Position numbers and translations under genes: made by a program | From: a virus | DNA length: 64,000 nucleotides | IMG/VR virus record: IMGVR_UViG_3300045988_110343 | Span: 1-64,000 of that record | Direction: 5' to 3' (one strand) | Shown here: positions 18,557 to 28,287 of the stretch, one piece after another | Position numbering within the stretch: position 1 is the first letter of the stretch | Layout of the letters: the number at the start of each line of letters is the position of its first letter | Notes under the pieces: generated by a model | What the model saw: the letters and a program-made list of their open reading frames with translations, nothing else | What the model was told of the DNA's origin: nothing | Database searches by the model: none

Positions 18557-19084
18557 TTATTCTAGTTCTAGTTCGTCAATCTCTGGTGTATCAGAATGAT
18601 CCATTCCTTTTAGTTCTTCGATACTTGTTCCAAGTAAAGTAAGAGCCGACTTAAATCGTTTAGGATCAATATATCCTGTAGGTCTATGCCAAAAATTTTT
18701 AGCAAAATCGGGATCTTCTTTTTCCAATTCATATGCTATGTGATCGGCTTTATCGTACAATAGCCTTGCTCGTGTTGGCAGTTTCATTGGTTCATATCCT
18801 CTGCTCTGCTGTCTGTAATCTTCTATTATGTTATCCCAGCTAAGATCATCAGGAATCTTTTCTATGATATACACTTCCTGTAGAGCTTCCTCTGGAATGT
18901 CTGGATAATAAACTAAAGCATATCTTTCGTTTCCATCCTTAATATATTTATATACTTCATGCTCAATGTCTGGAAGTGCTGTATACTCTAAACCACTTTT
19001 CTTTAACTCATGCACCCAATTTGTATCTGTAAATGTTTGTACCCATACGTCTTTCCCATAATGTTTAATTTTATTCATATCCAT
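18557..19084 (-). CDS. hypothetical protein
   Basis: 175-aa ORF. Confidence 0.5.
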   Translation of the reverse strand: MDMNKIKHYGKDVWVQTFTDTNWVHELKKSGLEYTALPDIEHEVYKYIKDGNERYALVYYPDIPEEALQEVYIIEKIPDDLSWDNIIEDYRQQSRGYEPMKLPTRARLLYDKADHIAYELEKEDPDFAKNFWHRPTGYIDPKRFKSALTLLGTSIEELKGMDHSDTPEIDELELE

Positions 19085-19129
19085 ATCTCCTTTTCTTTAG
19101 TTTACTATAAACATTTATTTTGTACGTTA

Positions 19130-19807
19130 TCATTTTTCTTTGTTTCCATTCTTGTTCTTAATCATATCTTTGTGTTCTTCCAGAAATTTTCCGAACATTT
19201 CTTTTTCTGCCTTTTCTCTCGCTTCTATTGCATCTTCTTTATTTGCATATCTGCCCAAGTAATAATGCTTTCCTTTAAATTCTATCTGTGCCAACCATTT
19301 ATTTCTGCTTTTGTCCCATGACACCCCTTTTATTCCAGAAGTGTTTGTTTTAGGTTTCTTCATTGTTAGACTTCTTATATTTGTTCCGTCAATACACTGT
19401 TTCTTTGTTTCTTCTGCCATCTTTTTTCCTTGTTCTATCTCGTGCGGTTTTCTTAGGCATCCGCAGCTTTTTATCCTACCACTTGTCAAGCTTCCGCTAT
19501 TAACAAAGCTTATTTTTCCACAATCACATACACATTTCCAAATAATAGAATCATTCGATGCTTTTCTTTCTGTTGGTTCTATTGCTGTTAGCCTACCGAA
19601 TTTTTTACCAGTTAAGTCATTCATCTTTATTTTGGTAGTGCATCCACAATCTTTGCCGTTCTTTATGTGTTCTGCTCGTGTTGTGAATATTTTCCCGCAA
19701 GCAGGGCAGACAACTTTTGCCATTGTCCGTTTATTTTCTCTATAAACAGACAATATTTTAAAACCGTTTACCGTCTTGCCCTGCATTTCCAACCACTTTA
19801 TTCTCAT
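19130..19807 (-). CDS. AP2-domain protein with N-terminal zinc ribbons
   Basis: 225 aa. Repeated Cys pairs, then GVSWDKSRNKWLAQIEFKGKHYYLGRYANKEDAIEA (AP2/ERF-like DNA-binding domain). Confidence 0.6.
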   Translation of the reverse strand: MRIKWLEMQGKTVNGFKILSVYRENKRTMAKVVCPACGKIFTTRAEHIKNGKDCGCTTKIKMNDLTGKKFGRLTAIEPTERKASNDSIIWKCVCDCGKISFVNSGSLTSGRIKSCGCLRKPHEIEQGKKMAEETKKQCIDGTNIRSLTMKKPKTNTSGIKGVSWDKSRNKWLAQIEFKGKHYYLGRYANKEDAIEAREKAEKEMFGKFLEEHKDMIKNKNGNKEK

Positions 19808-19816
19808 ATTTTCCCT

Positions 19817-20083
19817 CTAAAAAAACTTTTGCACGTCTGTTACTTTTAATGTAAACAGCTCTCCGCCTTCATCTTCTATGATATTGAAGAAAATCTGCAC
19901 TTCATATTCCAATGTATCTTCTGCTTTGTATACAACATTTTGATCATCTTTGATAAATTCTGTTGCCCCTTCATCTTCAACAGAAACATAGCCATTTTCC
20001 ATCATGAAATTATCTAATTGATTGTATTTCATCTCTTCGCCCATCAGTTCTTCTCTTAATTCTTTCACATTTAATTTTTCCAT
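19817..20083 (-). CDS. hypothetical protein
   Basis: 88-aa acidic ORF. Confidence 0.4.
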   Translation of the reverse strand: MEKLNVKELREELMGEEMKYNQLDNFMMENGYVSVEDEGATEFIKDDQNVVYKAEDTLEYEVQIFFNIIEDEGGELFTLKVTDVQKFF

Positions 20084-20415
20084 AATTCATATCTCCTTCC
20101 GTACATAATCTACTTTATCAAATGATATTTTCCATCCTATCTTCCATTCAAAAGATCGGAAAAGAACTTATAAACCCCATACAGTATAGCGATACCTGCT
20201 ACAATCATTAAAATTCCATACCCGCATCCTAAAATAGCTCCTAACATACATTCCAAAGTGTCCTCGGGAATGATAAATATAATTATTAATACTACAACCC
20301 AAACCATAATTTACTCTCCTTTGCTCTGTTCTTTAAGTTTCTCTGATCATCTGGCACATCAACTAATATGTATATATTATCATCTTCTCTGACTGTAGTA
20401 AACAGTCCACAAAAA

Positions 20416-20622
20416 TTACAATTCACTTTCTTCTACCTCGCTTGCAAATAACTCACACCCATAGTCGTAGCCACCGCCATCACAAGGAATATCAATATCT
20501 CCTGTATTAATCTTTTCCTCTACAATATTTCTTGCTTCATCCTCTGTTTCTGCTTTAATTTCCACTGATCTCTTATATGTTTCTACAACATCTATTATGT
20601 ATTTTTTCATGTAAATTTCCAT
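20416..20622 (-). CDS. hypothetical protein
   Basis: 68 aa. Confidence 0.4.
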   Translation of the reverse strand: MEIYMKKYIIDVVETYKRSVEIKAETEDEARNIVEEKINTGDIDIPCDGGGYDYGCELFASEVEESEL

Positions 20623-20627
20623 CCTTC

Positions 20628-20942
20628 CTACAATCCATAATCACTAAAATGCATCATGCCGCATTGATCTTTCTCTTTCTTCTCATATTTCATAATTGAG
20701 ATACATCCAGCAAGAAATAATTCAAGTGACATTCCAACAATATTTTGAAATTTATCACATAATATTTTCCGATCTTCTTCTGAAAATAGTTCATACATTT
20801 CATGCAATATGTTTGTCCAGTCAATATATTGCTGTCCATTATTAATCCTCATCTCTTTTAATATCTGATCAGATTTATAAGGAATCATAGAAAAGCTCCC
20901 ATTTAACTTTTCAACCTCAGCAAATTGTTCTAAAATTTCCAT
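20628..20942 (-). CDS. hypothetical protein
   Basis: 104 aa. Confidence 0.4.
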   Translation of the reverse strand: MEILEQFAEVEKLNGSFSMIPYKSDQILKEMRINNGQQYIDWTNILHEMYELFSEEDRKILCDKFQNIVGMSLELFLAGCISIMKYEKKEKDQCGMMHFSDYGL

Positions 20943-20983
20943 TGATTATTTTCCATCCTTCCTACGATAAAATTGACATTTGA

Positions 20984-21235
20984 TTAATTAATAGATCCAT
21001 CTGCATTGACCAATCTATTTTCCATATCTGCGTTGTTATCTGCAATATTCTGCAATACATAAAACAGAGAATCATCCGCTTTAGACAATTTTCCGATTGC
21101 CTTAGATAAATTTCCAATGCTTTCAGTTAACATTTTCATATCTTCTTTACAATCATCTACGAACGTGTCATAGTCCATTCCCAAAGACATATTGAATAAA
21201 ATGTTTGCAATTCTTTTTACTTCGTTATTTTCCAT
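20984..21235 (-). CDS. hypothetical protein
   Basis: 83 aa. Confidence 0.4.
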   Translation of the reverse strand: MENNEVKRIANILFNMSLGMDYDTFVDDCKEDMKMLTESIGNLSKAIGKLSKADDSLFYVLQNIADNNADMENRLVNADGSIN

Positions 21236-21249
21236 AACTAATCACTCTC

Positions 21250-21444
21250 CTATTCTTTAATCTCATTTGCAATGTCGTTTCTTGTTCCTCTGATAGAGCA
21301 TCCTTCTGTATCATGTCGCATCAGGATCTCGTAAATCTGTTCTTCCTCTTCCTCTGTTAAGGAAAATCCTCCCCAGTATCCATAATCATTCTCTCCGTGA
21401 CACATAACGATTCCGATAATTTCCTGTTTTGTTTCTGTATTCAT
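21250..21444 (-). CDS. hypothetical protein
   Basis: 64 aa. Confidence 0.4.
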   Translation of the reverse strand: MNTETKQEIIGIVMCHGENDYGYWGGFSLTEEEEEQIYEILMRHDTEGCSIRGTRNDIANEIKE

Positions 21445-21525
21445 AATCTCTCACTCCTGTTCTGTGATAAAACTTTTCTTTTAACTCAAAAAGCAGCACC
21501 GATATAGATGCCGCTTTACACTAAT

Positions 21526-22674
21526 TTATTCCATTGACTGTTTTAAAGTTTTGATGTTTTCTAACACCTCATTAAATTTGTCAATCATGTTAATATTCAC
21601 TGGAAGAAGTACAATCGTATATCCATTATCAATAATTTTACATGGTGCTTTATCACTCATAACTTCCAGTGTAAACGTATCATTTTGAATAACTTTTAAA
21701 GCATCTAATACAAAGTTCGGATCGAATCCAATCACAAAATTTTCTGATAATTCATTGTTCTTTGTGTCGAGAAAATCCATTGATGACTCATTATGTTTGT
21801 TCTCACAATAAGATACTAATTTGTTTTCTTTATTATGTAGAAGCATTGGAAATCTTGAACCTTTAACATGATTTACATTATACTTTGTAATTTCCATTAA
21901 TTCTTTTGTTACAAGCTCTACTGATCCAGTCGGTTCAATCCCTTTTAAGATTCCATCTACATCAAAATATTTTCCATCTACCATTTCAATAAAGAAAGTA
22001 AAATCATTTCCAGTAAACTGTACATAATCTTGATTGGCTTGAATCTCTACGTTACCTTTATTTCCTTTTAAGCAATTTTTAAGCATTATATATGCCCTTA
22101 ATGGAATGTTAATTTCCGTCAGTGCTGTATCGCCAAACATATACTCAGATAAATCTTTCTGAATAATTCTGTACCCATCAAGTACAGTTATTGTTTTATT
22201 CATAATGTTTAAATTAAAGCAATTCATCATCGGTTTATTTTTGTCTAACTCTTTATTAAATAATGAAAGTTTTTCCATCATCTCAAAAAGATCATTCCCT
22301 GGAATAATGGCAACGTGTTGTAATTTTTTCAGTCCATTGTAGATCACATTGACTTCTGATCCTATAATACTCTGCACTTTCTTATCGGCTTTTACAATAA
22401 GTTTTCCATCATGTCTATGAAAATCAAAAGTAAAATCTTTTGCTTTCAATTTTGATATCTGTTTTAATTTAGCAAATGGCACAACGAATTTTCCAACATC
22501 GTCACAAGCACTATCTTTTACGACAATCATTCGTGCATCTGCTGTATTTGCAATAAACACTACCACGTTTCCACCCATAGATACAATACAATCATCTGTT
22601 ACGCTATTCTTAATTGTTTTTTCCAGTTTGTTTACCACGTCTTTAAAATCCTTTGCATTTAATGTAAATTTCAT
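21526..22674 (-). CDS. dnaN: DNA polymerase III beta subunit-like sliding clamp
   Basis: 382 aa. N-terminus MKFTLNAKDFKDVVNKL; length and alternating beta-strand pattern fit a three-domain beta clamp. Confidence 0.55.
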   Translation of the reverse strand: MKFTLNAKDFKDVVNKLEKTIKNSVTDDCIVSMGGNVVVFIANTADARMIVVKDSACDDVGKFVVPFAKLKQISKLKAKDFTFDFHRHDGKLIVKADKKVQSIIGSEVNVIYNGLKKLQHVAIIPGNDLFEMMEKLSLFNKELDKNKPMMNCFNLNIMNKTITVLDGYRIIQKDLSEYMFGDTALTEINIPLRAYIMLKNCLKGNKGNVEIQANQDYVQFTGNDFTFFIEMVDGKYFDVDGILKGIEPTGSVELVTKELMEITKYNVNHVKGSRFPMLLHNKENKLVSYCENKHNESSMDFLDTKNNELSENFVIGFDPNFVLDALKVIQNDTFTLEVMSDKAPCKIIDNGYTIVLLPVNINMIDKFNEVLENIKTLKQSME

Positions 22675-22715
22675 AATCTATATACCTCATATCTTTCTAT
22701 TAAATCTGCATTTTA

Positions 22716-23003
22716 TTATCCGACTAATTCTAAGTATCCAGCCTTTACAAGATCTTCTTTCTGTGACAGTGGTTGCGGTACATACTGCATACCCTTTTCT
22801 CTATCGTAGTCGTAATACCATACACCGTACTCCTCAATCGGTTCCAATATATGGATTGCAAGGCTAACTTCCATTACATTAACCGCATCAACGCAAGCGT
22901 TCTTCATATCTTCTAAGCTACATAATGTACTGTATTGTGGTTTTAATTTTTCCACAAAATCTTCAAAGTCTAATCTTTCATATTCTTCTCTACTAACTTT
23001 CAT
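22716..23003 (-). CDS. hypothetical protein (paralog of 23091..23393)
   Basis: 95 aa. Shares DAVN..LAIH.LE..YYDYD..KEDL..Y.EL with its neighbour. Confidence 0.5.
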   Translation of the reverse strand: MKVSREEYERLDFEDFVEKLKPQYSTLCSLEDMKNACVDAVNVMEVSLAIHILEPIEEYGVWYYDYDREKGMQYVPQPLSQKEDLVKAGYLELVG

Positions 23004-23030
23004 TCGTTCTTACCTCGTTTCTTTCCATTA

Positions 23031-23060
23031 AAAAAGGAAGATACATTTCTGCATCTTCCT
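23031..23060 (-). terminator. rho-independent terminator
   Basis: Minus strand reads GGAAGAT-gcagaaatgt-ATCTTCC followed by TTTTTT, between the two paralogs. Confidence 0.55.
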
Positions 23061-23090
23061 AGATTACTTTGTTTTATATTAAATTTTCCG

Positions 23091-23393
23091 TTAGTCAATC
23101 AATTCGATATAATCTGTGTCGATTAAATCTTCTTTATCTCTAATCGGATTCGGTTCATTTAATGTTCCCATTGTATAATCATAGTCATAATACTCTGCGA
23201 AACAATCTCTTAATGTTTCCAATAAATGAATTGCTAAATTATGATCTGCATTATTAACTGCATCAATTACATAATTTTGTAAATCATCTGCGGTACAAAT
23301 ACAATCATGCTCCATTGCTATTTCCATTACTTCTTCAAAACTTTTTGTTTCAAAATCCTTCTTATTAATTTTTAATACCATATTTTCCACCAT
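23091..23393 (-). CDS. hypothetical protein (paralog of 22716..23003)
   Basis: 100 aa. Confidence 0.5.
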   Translation of the reverse strand: MVENMVLKINKKDFETKSFEEVMEIAMEHDCICTADDLQNYVIDAVNNADHNLAIHLLETLRDCFAEYYDYDYTMGTLNEPNPIRDKEDLIDTDYIELID

Positions 23394-23395
23394 CC

Positions 23396-23647
23396 TTATT
23401 CACATTCTTTTTTTCCGATAAGCTGAATAATGCAACCAAAATCTCCAGCACGATATACTCTAATTTTGTCTGCCTTATAATCTGCCATCAATCCTACATC
23501 GTCATAGATTTTTAGCCATGCCCTGAATCCTGATGATGTTTCAAATTCCATCTCTAAGGTATAGTGATCTCCGATCTTTGCGTTCTCATCCACAATATAA
23601 GCATTATATCTTCCATCGGAGCCAAAATTTAAGATGTTCGCCTTCAA
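23396..23647 (-). CDS. hypothetical protein
   Basis: 83 aa. Confidence 0.4.
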   Translation of the reverse strand: MKANILNFGSDGRYNAYIVDENAKIGDHYTLEMEFETSSGFRAWLKIYDDVGLMADYKADKIRVYRAGDFGCIIQLIGKKECE

Positions 23648-23746
23648 TCAATCTTTTGTTGTACCTACAAAAATTAAAGCTGCAATATCACTATCCCAAT
23701 AAATTCTCTATCGTATTCTTTATATGATTTCATAATTTCCACCCTC

Positions 23747-24205
23747 CTATTCTTCATAATTTTCTAAATCCCAATGTTCTTTTAAAAGCTGGATCGCAAA
23801 CTCAGGATATCCCATAAAATAATAACTATCGTATACTGATTCTATCTGATCTTCATCCCAGCTTTCGTCATCATATCCATTTTCGTCTGCCCACGTTTCA
23901 AAATCCATTGCCGTTTTCTGAAAATCTTTAACCTTATTACTAATCCGTTGCAAGTCATTCTCTTCAATCGTGATTAAAGGTTTTCCATAATCATCGTAAA
24001 GATCTTCCCATAAGTCGTTGTTCCATTGTGACTTTGGCTCGTGTTGGATATAAATGTTTGTTAATCCATTTACATTCCAGCCCGTTGTAGCAACTAATTT
24101 TCCAGTTTCTTTCTCTACGCCATAAAACATTCCAGGTTTTACACAAAATCCACCATAAGAGGCGTGTCTGAAGTGTTCAGGTAAGATCAATTCTTTGAAC
24201 TCGTA
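23747..24205 (-). CDS. hypothetical protein
   Basis: Start moved to the Met with a GAAGGA RBS; the longer track ORF (to 24340) would read through the tRNA-like fragment. Confidence 0.45.
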   Translation of the reverse strand, partial: YEFKELILPEHFRHASYGGFCVKPGMFYGVEKETGKLVATTGWNVNGLTNIYIQHEPKSQWNNDLWEDLYDDYGKPLITIEENDLQRISNKVKDFQKTAMDFETWADENGYDDESWDEDQIESVYDSYYFMGYPEFAIQLLKEHWDLENYEE

Positions 24206-24284
24206 CATAATTTCCTTCTTTCTGCCTATCAGGACTTTAAATATTAATAGTTTTCCTTTATTATACACGATAATTTCCATCGTG

Positions 24285-24313
24285 AAAAGTAGCGAGGGCG
24301 GAATTGAACCGCC
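24285..24313 (-). other. tRNA 3'-half fragment (T-arm plus acceptor 3' strand); possible att-core remnant
   Basis: Minus strand reads CAGGCGG-TTCAATT-CCGCC-CTCGCTA. No matching 5' acceptor strand or anticodon arm lies upstream. Confidence 0.4.
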
Positions 24314-24339
24314 TGATAAAAGCACTCTTTTATCTACCA

Positions 24340-24445
24340 TACGCCACCGTTTTTCCGTTCCAATACGTCACTACTAGCAATCAGTAGTACAGTTTTTCCG
24401 TTCATTTAAAGTAACTATTAGCTTCAATAGTCCAGTATTTCCGTT
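24340..24445 (-). repeat. three tandem ~44-bp units: conserved AACGGAAA(A/T)AC motif followed by variable 6-7-bp hairpins
   Basis: Plus-strand TTTTCCGTT at 24342, 24386 and 24429. Each unit has a different perfect palindrome: ACTACT/AGTAGT, ACTATT/AATAGT, TACTCAT/ATGAGTA. Confidence 0.6.
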
Positions 24446-24483
24446 AGGGTGTATACTCATATCATCATGAGTAGTAAAAGCCT

Positions 24484-24741
24484 TTAATTGGCTATGTAAC
24501 TAAATAATTTTGACGGATCTTCTTTTAGAATTTCCGTCATGCCGTTAATTGCTTCTTCTTGCGTTTTGTACTTCCGAAAAATTCCGAATGTGTTCTTGAA
24601 TAGCAAGAAGTATTTATATCCATACAAGCCATCATCTTTCCCAGCGTTTGGAGGATTCTCTGTGAAGTACAGTGTGTTGTACTTTCGTTCAATGTGACAC
24701 GCTAATGATTCCATAGTTGTTCTGCGACTCATTCTTTCCAC
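24484..24741 (-). CDS. hypothetical protein
   Basis: 85 aa. Confidence 0.4.
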   Translation of the reverse strand: MERMSRRTTMESLACHIERKYNTLYFTENPPNAGKDDGLYGYKYFLLFKNTFGIFRKYKTQEEAINGMTEILKEDPSKLFSYIAN

Positions 24742-24748
24742 CTACTTT

Positions 24749-24946
24749 CTACTGTTCTGTACATTTATAATAAACATCTACATTGTTCTTATCATCGTGG
24801 CTCCAACTGGATCCAACGTATTTTCCACTCATACCGCAATCTTCAAGATCGTATTCACAACATAAGTCATTGTATTCATCGGGCGTATTACAAAAAATTT
24901 CTGTTCTACCATCGGAATAAGTATTTTTTACTATTATAATTTCCAC
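24749..24946 (-). CDS. hypothetical protein
   Basis: 65 aa. Confidence 0.35.
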   Translation of the reverse strand: MEIIIVKNTYSDGRTEIFCNTPDEYNDLCCEYDLEDCGMSGKYVGSSWSHDDKNNVDVYYKCTEQ

Positions 24947-24953
24947 CTTCCTT

Positions 24954-25226
24954 CTATAATCTTTCCATCAGTTCTACAGCTAAGATGTACGCTACATACT
25001 TCCACACATTCACGTAGCCGTTCAGATCTTCCAACTTACATTGCATAGCTGTATGAATCATTCCATCACAGAAGCCTTTACACTTAAGTTCTGCGATAAG
25101 ATCACGTTTTGCTATCGGTGGCAAGGCTGACACTCTGATTTTTCCAATATCAAAAGTGTTATGTTGTTCCTTCTCAATTGTCTGAATTACTACCATGTTT
25201 GTTCTTGTCATCTTTAAAATTTCCAT
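24954..25226 (-). CDS. hypothetical protein
   Basis: 90 aa. Confidence 0.4.
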   Translation of the reverse strand: MEILKMTRTNMVVIQTIEKEQHNTFDIGKIRVSALPPIAKRDLIAELKCKGFCDGMIHTAMQCKLEDLNGYVNVWKYVAYILAVELMERL

Positions 25227-25227
25227 T

Positions 25228-25731
25228 CTAGTGTTCCTCCTGGTTATCTTTTTTTGTAATTGTTATGTCGTAGCCTAACTTTTTCCACCATTCTTTTGTT
25301 CTTTGTCGAATATCATTTAAGTTATCCCACCACATATCGTTCAATTCTGGTACAATTTCTGCATAATCGTTTATATCTTGAATGACACCATATGATTCGC
25401 AAATAATAATATCGGGATATGATTTTACAGAAGGTATTGCCATATTTTCTATATTGAAAACATCAACCAATAATCCTACATCTTCATTATTTTCTACTTT
25501 AAAATAGGTGTACGTTCTATCACTGCTCGTATCTTCTACCATTGGCACAAGATCAAAATTTATTATCATTTTGTTTACAATGCTTTTCTTATCTTCCCAC
25601 TGTTTTGCACGTTTCAATCGTTCTTCGTATTGCAAACAATGACTTTTTGTCGTAAATCGTTTTCCATCTTCTGCGATATATACAGTGTCTTTGATGATTC
25701 TTTCTTTCGTTTCAATCTTCATAATTTCCAC
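25228..25731 (-). CDS. hypothetical protein
   Basis: 167 aa. Confidence 0.45.
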   Translation of the reverse strand: MEIMKIETKERIIKDTVYIAEDGKRFTTKSHCLQYEERLKRAKQWEDKKSIVNKMIINFDLVPMVEDTSSDRTYTYFKVENNEDVGLLVDVFNIENMAIPSVKSYPDIIICESYGVIQDINDYAEIVPELNDMWWDNLNDIRQRTKEWWKKLGYDITITKKDNQEEH

Positions 25732-25740
25732 ACTTCCTTT

Positions 25741-26049
25741 CTATGCCGTTTCTTCTTCTTTTTCGTACTCTTCACGATCCTTATAGTACATATCTAACAG
25801 TTCTCTATACTTCTTTTCGCTGTCTGTCATGTACAGTTCGTTGACACTAGACCATTCATTCAAGCCCTTTTCTAAGATCATCACGTACTTTCTTAGCTTG
25901 ATTCTGCCCCATCTCATGTTATTATTTCCAACATCAAAGAAATAGTTATCTAACATACAGCCTTCAAAACTATCTGCTAAGTAATCATCTAAAGTCATGC
26001 AAAACATTTCTACTGTATCATTATCAATAATCGTTCTATAATCTTTCAT
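25741..26049 (-). CDS. hypothetical protein
   Basis: 102 aa. Confidence 0.4.
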   Translation of the reverse strand: MKDYRTIIDNDTVEMFCMTLDDYLADSFEGCMLDNYFFDVGNNNMRWGRIKLRKYVMILEKGLNEWSSVNELYMTDSEKKYRELLDMYYKDREEYEKEEETA

Positions 26050-26328
26050 TTACGCCACCCCCATTGATTCTAATGCAAACATAAAAGCTACAACTTCTCT
26101 ATCACTAGAAAGAATATCACCCCTATAATTATTAAACTCTTTAACAAAATCTAAATGACTTTCTATAAAAGAATCACCAGCTTCAAGTGCTTCTATATAA
26201 CCAGCTACTCGATCATAGTTATCATATAAAAAGTCGTATTCTTCATTGAATTTTTCCAAAAATACCTTGATATTAATATTAATTTCTTTTCTCATAGTTC
26301 CAACCTTCTTTCTATCTGATCTTTCCAT
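26050..26328 (-). CDS. hypothetical protein
   Basis: 92 aa. Confidence 0.4.
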   Translation of the reverse strand: MERSDRKKVGTMRKEININIKVFLEKFNEEYDFLYDNYDRVAGYIEALEAGDSFIESHLDFVKEFNNYRGDILSSDREVVAFMFALESMGVA

Positions 26329-26920
26329 TATCTGCCACGGCTTCTACATCATCACAGTAACTATTACAAGGATTCCATACACAATAGCTTGTTACGTGCT
26401 TTCCCTTGCGTACACGTTTGTTATATGCAATGTAATAGTTTTTTCCATACGTTCCATGTCTACCTCCAGCAGAAACACTTTTAATAATTTCCACGTAAAT
26501 CGTATGTCGTGTGGCACGTTCACGGATCATTTTATCCGTTAATTTTCTAGTGTTGATATACTTTACCTTATAGGCGTTTAGATCGTAATTTCTGCGTATA
26601 TAATCGTTTACAAGCTGGATATTTCTATTCTTTGCTGTGATCTTTACGATCGAATCATCGAGCTTGTTTCTAGTGCCGTGAGTATTGAATTTTACAGTTA
26701 CAACGGTAGTCTCTGGATAGGCATATGATTCCTTGCGAACTTTCCAGCAATAACCATCTGCCGTGTCAATTGTGCCGTCACTGTTATAAATGCCGTTTAT
26801 CGTTCTGTACGTGCTTCTTTTTGTCTTTGCGTGTACAGTATTTCCAAAGATTAAAAAAGCCGTAAACATGAGTGCTACAGCTAATAGGATCTTGATTGTT
26901 TTGTTCTGTTTTGTTCTCAT
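26312..26920 (-). CDS. secreted protein (signal peptide)
   Basis: Start at the internal Met; signal peptide MRTKQNKTIKILLAVALMFTAFLIFGNTVHA. Confidence 0.5.
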   Translation of the reverse strand: MRTKQNKTIKILLAVALMFTAFLIFGNTVHAKTKRSTYRTINGIYNSDGTIDTADGYCWKVRKESYAYPETTVVTVKFNTHGTRNKLDDSIVKITAKNRNIQLVNDYIRRNYDLNAYKVKYINTRKLTDKMIRERATRHTIYVEIIKSVSAGGRHGTYGKNYYIAYNKRVRKGKHVTSYCVWNPCNSYCDDVEAVADNGKIR

Positions 26921-26939
26921 TGTGTGTTTACCTTCTTTC

Positions 26940-27341
26940 TTAATATTCAAAATTCGGAAATAGTTCGTATAAATCTTCTTCATCTATGTATTTTCCATTA
27001 ATTGTGATACTAACGGCATAGGATACAAAATATTTTCCATTATCATCTTCTAAACCATCATCATCTTCTTGTTTCCAAAAAGAAAAGCAACTACCACAAA
27101 TACAAATATCTTTTGCTTCTAAATTGTTAATAAAATGCTGATTGATTTCATTAAGAACGAATTGTTCAAAATTGAAATTTTCCGCTTTTGCTAATGTGGA
27201 TTTTCCCGTTAACCAGTCTGCATCTTTTCCACGTAAAGGATCAATAAGTTCTCCATGTTCATTCTCTTGAAATATGTCGGCAGAAATCCCATGCAATTTA
27301 ATTGTGTCAAGTTCTCTATATTTTTCAAAATTCATAATCAT
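26940..27341 (-). CDS. hypothetical protein
   Basis: 133 aa. Confidence 0.45.
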   Translation of the reverse strand: MIMNFEKYRELDTIKLHGISADIFQENEHGELIDPLRGKDADWLTGKSTLAKAENFNFEQFVLNEINQHFINNLEAKDICICGSCFSFWKQEDDDGLEDDNGKYFVSYAVSITINGKYIDEEDLYELFPNFEY

Positions 27342-27353
27342 TTACCTTCTTTC

Positions 27354-27545
27354 TTATTCTGTATCTGTATCATCATCAAAAAATCCAACGCAAGCAAGCA
27401 TATAGACAGCGGTAATCATTACCAACAACGCTTCTAATATAAAGGCTTGCGGGATCTTTATAAACGCAATAATAGCCATTGCAATTCCTACAATCGCAAC
27501 TGCTATATCTATCGGTTGTGGTTTATGTAATTGTATTTTTTCCAT
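27354..27545 (-). CDS. small membrane protein
   Basis: 63 aa with two TM helices. Confidence 0.4.
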   Translation of the reverse strand: MEKIQLHKPQPIDIAVAIVGIAMAIIAFIKIPQAFILEALLVMITAVYMLACVGFFDDDTDTE

Positions 27546-27560
27546 TGTTCTTTCCTCCTC

Positions 27561-27812
27561 CTACTCGTCAACTCTTTCTATCATAAAATTACCACCGTGA
27601 TATAAGTTCAGTCCGTGATTTCCACCAGTGATATACATATCATCAGTGATCCCATCACGTTCTATATCTTCATCTGAAACAAATACGCCCATATTTCCAT
27701 TAGATTCTAGTTGATCGATCGCAAGATCTAAGATTTCACCATAATCCGTTGTAGGTTCGTCAACTGTTACAAGTTCGCTGAAATAACCAAAAATCACTTT
27801 ATATTTTGTCAT
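27561..27812 (-). CDS. hypothetical protein
   Basis: 83 aa. Confidence 0.4.
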   Translation of the reverse strand: MTKYKVIFGYFSELVTVDEPTTDYGEILDLAIDQLESNGNMGVFVSDEDIERDGITDDMYITGGNHGLNLYHGGNFMIERVDE

Positions 27813-27905
27813 AATATCCTTCCTTCTGCCCTTTACGGGACTTTATTTCTTTATAAGTTCAATAAAATAGACAAGTCGTGTTTTGACTTGTCTATAATAT
27901 TCAAT

Positions 27906-28268
27906 CTATAAATACGCCACAAACTCTGAAAAATCAACCGTATCATATAAGTTCTTGATTTTCTCATGATATACATTGTCAAGTTCTTCTTGAGTATCTA
28001 CCCACGGCATACCATTAAAAACCTTCTCAGCTTCTTGTAAGATATACTGTTTTGCTAATGGCTGTAAATCACAAACAACCGTTTCTGCTTCTTTATGTGG
28101 GCAAAACGGTTCAATAAGATCCATTCTTATGTTATCTTGAATATAACTTTCCAAACTTGAACCGTTCTTTTTATCATCCGATTTATTAAAAAATTCCAAC
28201 AGTTGCCCAACCGTTAGAATTTTAATCTCATTGTCATCATATTCATCAGCATATAAATATTGTTCCAT
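27906..28268 (-). CDS. hypothetical protein
   Basis: 120 aa. Confidence 0.45.
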   Translation of the reverse strand: MEQYLYADEYDDNEIKILTVGQLLEFFNKSDDKKNGSSLESYIQDNIRMDLIEPFCPHKEAETVVCDLQPLAKQYILQEAEKVFNGMPWVDTQEELDNVYHEKIKNLYDTVDFSEFVAYL

Positions 28269-28287
28269 TTTAAAACACTCCTTTTAT

